The notes beneath the pieces were generated by a model. The model saw nothing but the letters and a program-made list of their open reading frames with translations. It searched no databases and had not been told where the DNA came from. The position numbers and the translations under genes are program-made. A stretch of DNA of 61,610 nt, counting the filler, from Sphacelaria rigidula (lineage: Eukaryota), in NCBI GenBank assembly GCA_964200075.2. It is 10 parts of 10 records of this genome, joined end to end, with 100 filler letters (N's around TTAATTAATTAA, not from the genome) between each part and the next. Parts side by side here need not be neighbours in the genome. Positions count along the whole stretch, not along the records: positions 55,541 to 61,610 come from CAXNAA020022437.1; 9 more parts are not named here. One strand, 5' to 3'. Below are positions 61,129 through 61,610 of this stretch, one piece after another; the stretch's first letter is position 1, and each line of letters starts with the position of its first letter.

Positions 61129-61610
61129 AACACGCCATACTCATTCAATCACTAGCTTCGGCTCAAGCTGCTGACTGTCTATCCTGGGACAGTGAGATCA
61201 GAAGTTGATGTGACCGTGTTCCTCATGACCAGGCTTTGTGATAGCTGTGTACCACAGCAAGGGTAATTGCGCCGTTGGTTCACGCTGCCCTTCATGGCGA
61301 ACAGCCCGAAAAACATCTTGGCGAATTTGATAAATAAACGCCGCAGCCTCGAACTGTTCTTCCTTCGGTGAGTGTGTGTGGGGGGGTGTACTCATGATCA
61401 TGCATACCACAGGCATCATATCATTGACCTCGCATCCCCACGAAGCCGGGACGGAGCACGCCGGGTTTTCGCCGGACCACGCTCGCACTCAATCACCGTT
61501 GTGCGTTGTGCGGAGTTGAGGTTCTCCCACGCCGCACAATATGACATATCTCGACCACCATCATGGTTAACGCAAAAAAAACGCAAGCGCTAAAACAAAA
61601 ACGGAAACCT

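Overview
Eukaryotic draft-assembly sequence, most likely from a brown alga (Phaeophyceae). This is inferred from EsV-1-7 cysteine repeats, GCPW-type ankyrin repeats, a bipartite signal+transit plastid presequence and GT-AG introns. The window is not one locus. It is ten unrelated contigs of 6072-6070 bp, sorted by length and joined by artificial 100-nt spacers (N44-TTAATTAATTAA-N44): 1-6072, 6173-12244, 12345-18415, 18516-24586, 24687-30757, 30858-36928, 37029-43099, 43200-49270, 49371-55440, 55541-61610. Coding content is sparse: a C-terminal protein-kinase exon, a two-exon F-box-like/ankyrin-repeat gene, the first exon of a plastid BASS2-like transporter, a KTN/TrkA-N exon of a KEA/KefC-type K+/H+ antiporter, two weaker divergent exons, an EsV-1-7 repeat array and a decayed LINE ORF2 3' part. 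The rest is dense in short mobile elements, several nested: piggyBac-like TTAA MITEs, Tc1/mariner-like and GAG..CTC MITEs, tRNA-like SINE heads and microsatellite-tailed retroposon ends. The most unusual object is a 626-bp TG...CA element at 25290-25915 with a perfect 5-bp target-site duplication. It is built almost entirely of nested palindromes: three ~78-bp self-complementary terminal repeats alternate with two hairpin internal regions that show compensatory changes. A related element with homologous palindromic repeats and a Pol III B-box-like motif lies 165 bp away (26080-26470). All family assignments were made by eye; no searches were run.
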